Assembly: GCF_000002075.1 (NCBI RefSeq)
Contig: NW_004797274.1
Location: 3,532,381-3,596,380, forward strand
Origin: Aplysia californica
Taxonomy: Eukaryota
Direction of reading: 5' to 3'
DNA length: 64,000 bases
The notes beneath the pieces are model-generated. The model ran no database searches and was not told where the DNA came from. It saw only the letters and a program-made list of their open reading frames with translations. The translations under genes and the position numbers were made by a program. Below are positions 62,094 through 64,000 of the stretch, one piece after another; positions within the stretch are counted from its first letter, which is position 1; every line of letters begins with the position of its first letter.

Positions 62094-63331
62094 ACACACG
62101 TTTTTACTCTTCAGACTGGTTCCTCTCCTCGGACATGTCAAAGGGTCGGACTTTACATCAGAGATCACCACGGGGGCCGTCGTCACTGCTTCCGGACCTA
62201 GCCCATTCTCCTGCATGTTTGCTCTCCTCAATGCCCCGGCTGTGAGCTCTGACGTAGCTGCAGCTGTCCTTGACATTGTGCTTTGTGTACTCGGCCATGA
62301 GGAGGCAGAAGAGGAGGCCTCTGGTGACAAGACCGCGTCTGCCTTACCCGGGGTCTTCAGAGGTATAAATGCCCCAGTTTTTGTTTTAGATTTGACACCT
62401 GGTGAAAGATATATAGTCGAACCTGCTCTAACAGCCACCTGTATAAGCCAAGACAGTCCCCTGTACAAACAGCCACTTCCCATTTCCCCCCCTTGAGCTT
62501 TTAAAAAACTTTATATTGACACTGTAAGACGTCCACCTGTCTAAGACAGCCATTTTTCTTCTTGACAATATGTGGCTGTCTTAGATAACTTCTATTGTAT
62601 GTGGAGTTATGATTTAGACTGGCTATAGACAGTGAATGATCTTGTCAGTTTGATGTGTGTTTGAGCGCGGAAATCCGCAGCTTGCACTGTATGCTTCCGC
62701 GGAAGCCGAGAATGTTTCTGTGTGTTCTCAGAGGGTCTGCAGGGGTAATAATAGTTGTAAAGCGCATAGAGCACGCTCTTGAGCATGGATATGCGCTATA
62801 TAAATGCAATTATTATTATTATTTAAACATATTACTGGAAGAATAAGGTCACCTTGTCTTTAGATCGGAAACCATTGTCAATGTCGTTCTTCTGAACCTC
62901 AATGAAAATCTTTCCTTATGACAAGGACGGACTATTATTCATGTAACTTGTTTTGTTATGAATTAAATTTTCCTGGAAATTCATCTGCGGCAGGAAACTT
63001 TTTATGAGCCAGTTGAAATCTATTTCAAGAAACCAGTGACCCTGGAAATATATAGAGACTATGTACATTCTCATATTAGAGGCCTAGGTAGAGAGCATCT
63101 TTTTCTAATACATAGTTGTTTTGTCATACTGTGAAGTTCTGGAGGGTGACAAAGTTACGTCTTTTATATCATCTCAGCATCGGATCACGATGAGAGGGGT
63201 CTTGGAGAAGTATTTATCTCCCCTCATGTGCCGGAGCTCCTGAGGTACTTGCAGAAGGCTCTCAGCAAGTTGGTCAACGGGTCAGCAGGGAAGAAACACA
63301 CCTTCATCCTGGAGCTGAAAATACTGGCCAG
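23445..63331 (+). CDS. UTP20: Small subunit processome component 20 (UTP20), 5' partial, 32 exons, continues beyond the window
   Basis: In-phase GT-AG exons: 23445-23486, 29101-29178, 29885-29954, 30986-31047, 32525-32595, 33123-33317, 34054-34135, 34717-34776, 36028-36105, 36434-36595, 37387-37569, 38990-39202, 41229-41410, 42290-42421, 42881-42963, 43519-43630, 44377-44518, 45069-45131, 46073-46222, 47186-47342, 48206-48431, 49057-49269, 50895-50985, 53139-53224, 54737-54862, 56249-56415, 57005-57083, 58495-58690, 59085-59162, 59922-60001, 62115-62362, 63178-63331. Translation MGKSSKHKTQNVHHFISFSERISNVNVDVIH..TYFGEALSKWTDLDLTDHF..LLVQLARDLQQDFVPHF..FAAESCAYLLRK..EGVGFLLFEMMKGV..YKSPHILPYRENFNRLLDDKTFK..ILYGKM..PTPLLKL matches the UTP20 N-terminal half. 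Confidence 0.96.
23783..24093. mobile_element. MITE with internal telomere-like CCCTAA/CCCTAC units
   Basis: Ends GGAAGGACTTTCGTAACGAGCGATCAC / GTGGTCGCTCGTTACGGAAGTCCTCCC, each tandemly duplicated; related sequence at ~27550-27890. Confidence 0.75.
24200..25555 (+). mobile_element. RTE-like LINE fragment (RT plus 3' end) in UTP20 intron 1
   Basis: Frameshifted motifs KKGDL, FVDYEKAFDSLDR, TGVRQGCLLSP, LEDLDFADD, VESFTYLGSVI, ALMWNPQ. Confidence 0.9.
25750..28035. mobile_element. Older TIR element hosting nested insertions
   Basis: Left end AAGGTGTTATTGGGAGTCGATTCCCCATAAT (tandemly repeated) versus right end ATTATAGGGAGTCAACTCCCAATAATCACTTT (inverted). Confidence 0.6.
26418..27379. mobile_element. 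Tc1/mariner-pogo (Tigger-like) MITE
   Basis: Perfect 21-bp TIR CAGTAGTCTCCGCCTAAGATC, TA TSD, many TAAGATCCC subterminal repeats; interrupts repeat copy B. Confidence 0.95.
30780..30955 (+). mobile_element. Abundant ~170-bp SINE-like family A (representative copy)
   Basis: Consensus GGTGGTTGG..GCTCTAGTGTGGTTT..CCTATCAAACATCTATTGTCC..CTCTTGTAACACCTCTAATC..ATATGACCTTATTGTGTTGCAAGTGCTGTAAAAC..ACTAAAAC. Other copies: ~31520, 37175, 43020, 53955, 55890, 56475, 59740, 61755 (+); 14590, 15600, 40325, 63355 (-). Confidence 0.85.
31160..31465 (+). mobile_element. ~300-bp retroposon 3' fragment (family C); also 34900-35185 and 54375-54685
   Basis: Three copies begin AATTGTAAATGGGCTGATT and end CCCCTTGGC.CTCATATGACC.TATGCAGTTG.GAG.GC.GTAAAAC..TACTAAAA. 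Confidence 0.85.
37653..38557. mobile_element. TIR element with a CpG-rich, promoter-like left arm
   Basis: AGTACTTACACCTGCATGT / ACATGCAGGTCTAAGCACT (17 of 19 match inverted); internal GCGGCCATTTTG (YY1-like) and TAGATCTA runs. Confidence 0.75.
39240..39815 (+). mobile_element. Two tandem RTE-like 3' end fragments
   Basis: Similar to 11330-11517 (..AGAAAAGTG.GAAGACAT.GAATAACATCAAG..GTGGCC..AGGCA.TGAT tail). Confidence 0.75.
40069..40197. repeat. Minisatellite, 3 x 43 bp
   Basis: TGCCAGAAGACGGGTATACTCATGGATGGTCACTTAGGTGTTA repeated three times without mismatch. Confidence 0.95.
45206..45551. mobile_element. Degraded MITE with CAGGTCTGCCAAC-type ends
   Basis: CAGGTCTGCCAAC / GTTGGCAGGCATG; no TSD retained. 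Confidence 0.5.
51341..52804. mobile_element. Non-autonomous DNA transposon with 7-bp TSD
   Basis: Perfect 15-bp TIR CAGAGATGCCAACCA and TSD TACTATG on both sides. Internal segment 52120-52480 recurs at ~60450-61090. Confidence 0.92.
53263..53348. mobile_element. 86-bp hairpin mini-MITE with TA flanks
   Basis: CATATTAACTGCTCAGAGTAAGACTC / GAGTCTTACTATGAGCAATTGATATG. Confidence 0.7.
55356..55874 (+). mobile_element. Complete tRNA-derived SINE with 13-bp TSD
   Basis: A box TGGCCTAGAG, B box GGTTCGAATC, pyrimidine-rich spacer, core GCACGTCAAAGATCTCTTGGTGGTC, shared 3' tail. TSD AGAACTCTGCCTG at 55343-55355 and 55875-55887. Confidence 0.92.
57714..58356. mobile_element. MITE, possibly piggyBac-like
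   Basis: 13-bp TIR CTCACTCAATCCC / GGGATTGAGTGAG; right flank TTTAA, left flank eroded. Confidence 0.6.
62023..62088. repeat. (TC)33 microsatellite just upstream of the UTP20 exon 31 acceptor
   Basis: Read directly from the sequence. Confidence 0.97.
62412..62597. mobile_element. Degraded short Tigger-like MITE
   Basis: TAGTCGAACCTGCTCTAACAGCCAC / GTGGCTGTCTTAGATAACTTCTATTG with repeated AAGACAG motifs. Confidence 0.5.
62660..62822 (+). mobile_element. SINE 3' part with an L2-type tail
   Basis: Ends GCGCTATATAAATGCAATTATTATTATT; related fragments at ~32330-32480 and 23620-23690. Confidence 0.6.
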
Positions 63332-64000
63332 GTAAATCTTTGTTTAATTTGCTTAGTTAAAGTTTAACAGTACTTGCAACACTATTAGGTCATATAAGTG
63401 CCGGAGATAAGAGGTGTTATTAAATAGTAAAATATAAATGAAAGAAGGAGAGATACGAATGATTGATATTTGATAGAAAAGAACCACCCACAATTGCTTT
63501 TGATTTAACAAAAATATTATAAACTTTGACTTTTTATCAATCTTTCTGTGGCACCGATGATGAATAAATATGTGCACATATTAATTCATCAATTTCACAT
63601 ATTTCACAGTATCACAGCAACACAGATAATCTTACAATAACACTGTTAATGGCCGCCACTGTGCAGCACCTTGGGTTGAGGTTTTTTTAGCTGAGGTTAT
63701 CATGTTGTGCTCAAGGACACACCACAGTGACCACTTATTTGAATACTGTGTCACTGACATATTTGACATTATTGTGAGTCACTGAGCCACAGGGTATTCA
63801 TGTTCTGTAAGAATACAGGTGTGTTGAAGGATGCTACTGGTATCTCCTATTACTTCCATCTGTTATTTCCGTCTGTCTTGTTTTCCCCTTCAATTAACGA
63901 AAAGACCGTTATTGAGTTGACATGCTTCTCTCTTTGCTCAAATTTAGAAAACAGTCATGTAGATTCATGACCCCAAAGTATCAAATAAAAATAGGGGGGT

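Noticed and set aside
23487-63177. Intronic box C/D or H/ACA snoRNAs, expected in a ribosome biogenesis gene
   Set aside because: Scattered TGATGA/CTGA motifs but none with terminal stems and a recognisable rRNA guide; a covariance-model scan (Rfam/snoscan) is needed.

Overview
AT-rich, intron-rich animal genomic DNA from a draft assembly with six N gaps. The repeat content suggests an invertebrate, possibly a mollusc (inference only). Three host genes can be built by hand. (1) A 5-exon, ~195-aa calcineurin-B-like EF-hand gene on + (226-4464) with an ATG-only first coding exon, a GC-AG intron and degenerate EF loops. (2) An ankyrin-repeat/SOCS-box gene on - (13808-11995) whose single coding exon is broken by a 1-nt frameshift. 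(3) The 5' part of UTP20 on + (32 exons from 23445, running off the window), head-to-head with the SOCS-box gene. Between genes 2 and 3 lies a full-length, decayed Gypsy LTR retrotransposon with a 6-bp-TSD MITE in its RT, plus a ~0.9-kb probable false duplication across a gap. Introns hold many MITEs (TA-, 6-bp- and 7-bp-TSD types, some nested three deep), RTE-like LINE fragments and several SINE families sharing one 3' tail. The most unusual signals are palindromic (CTAGAT)n runs confined to promoter-like regions, inverted repeat copies bracketing the UTP20 promoter and exon 1, the frameshifted SOCS-box gene, and a 73-bp templated inverted insertion. All coordinates were read by eye; repeat boundaries are approximate.
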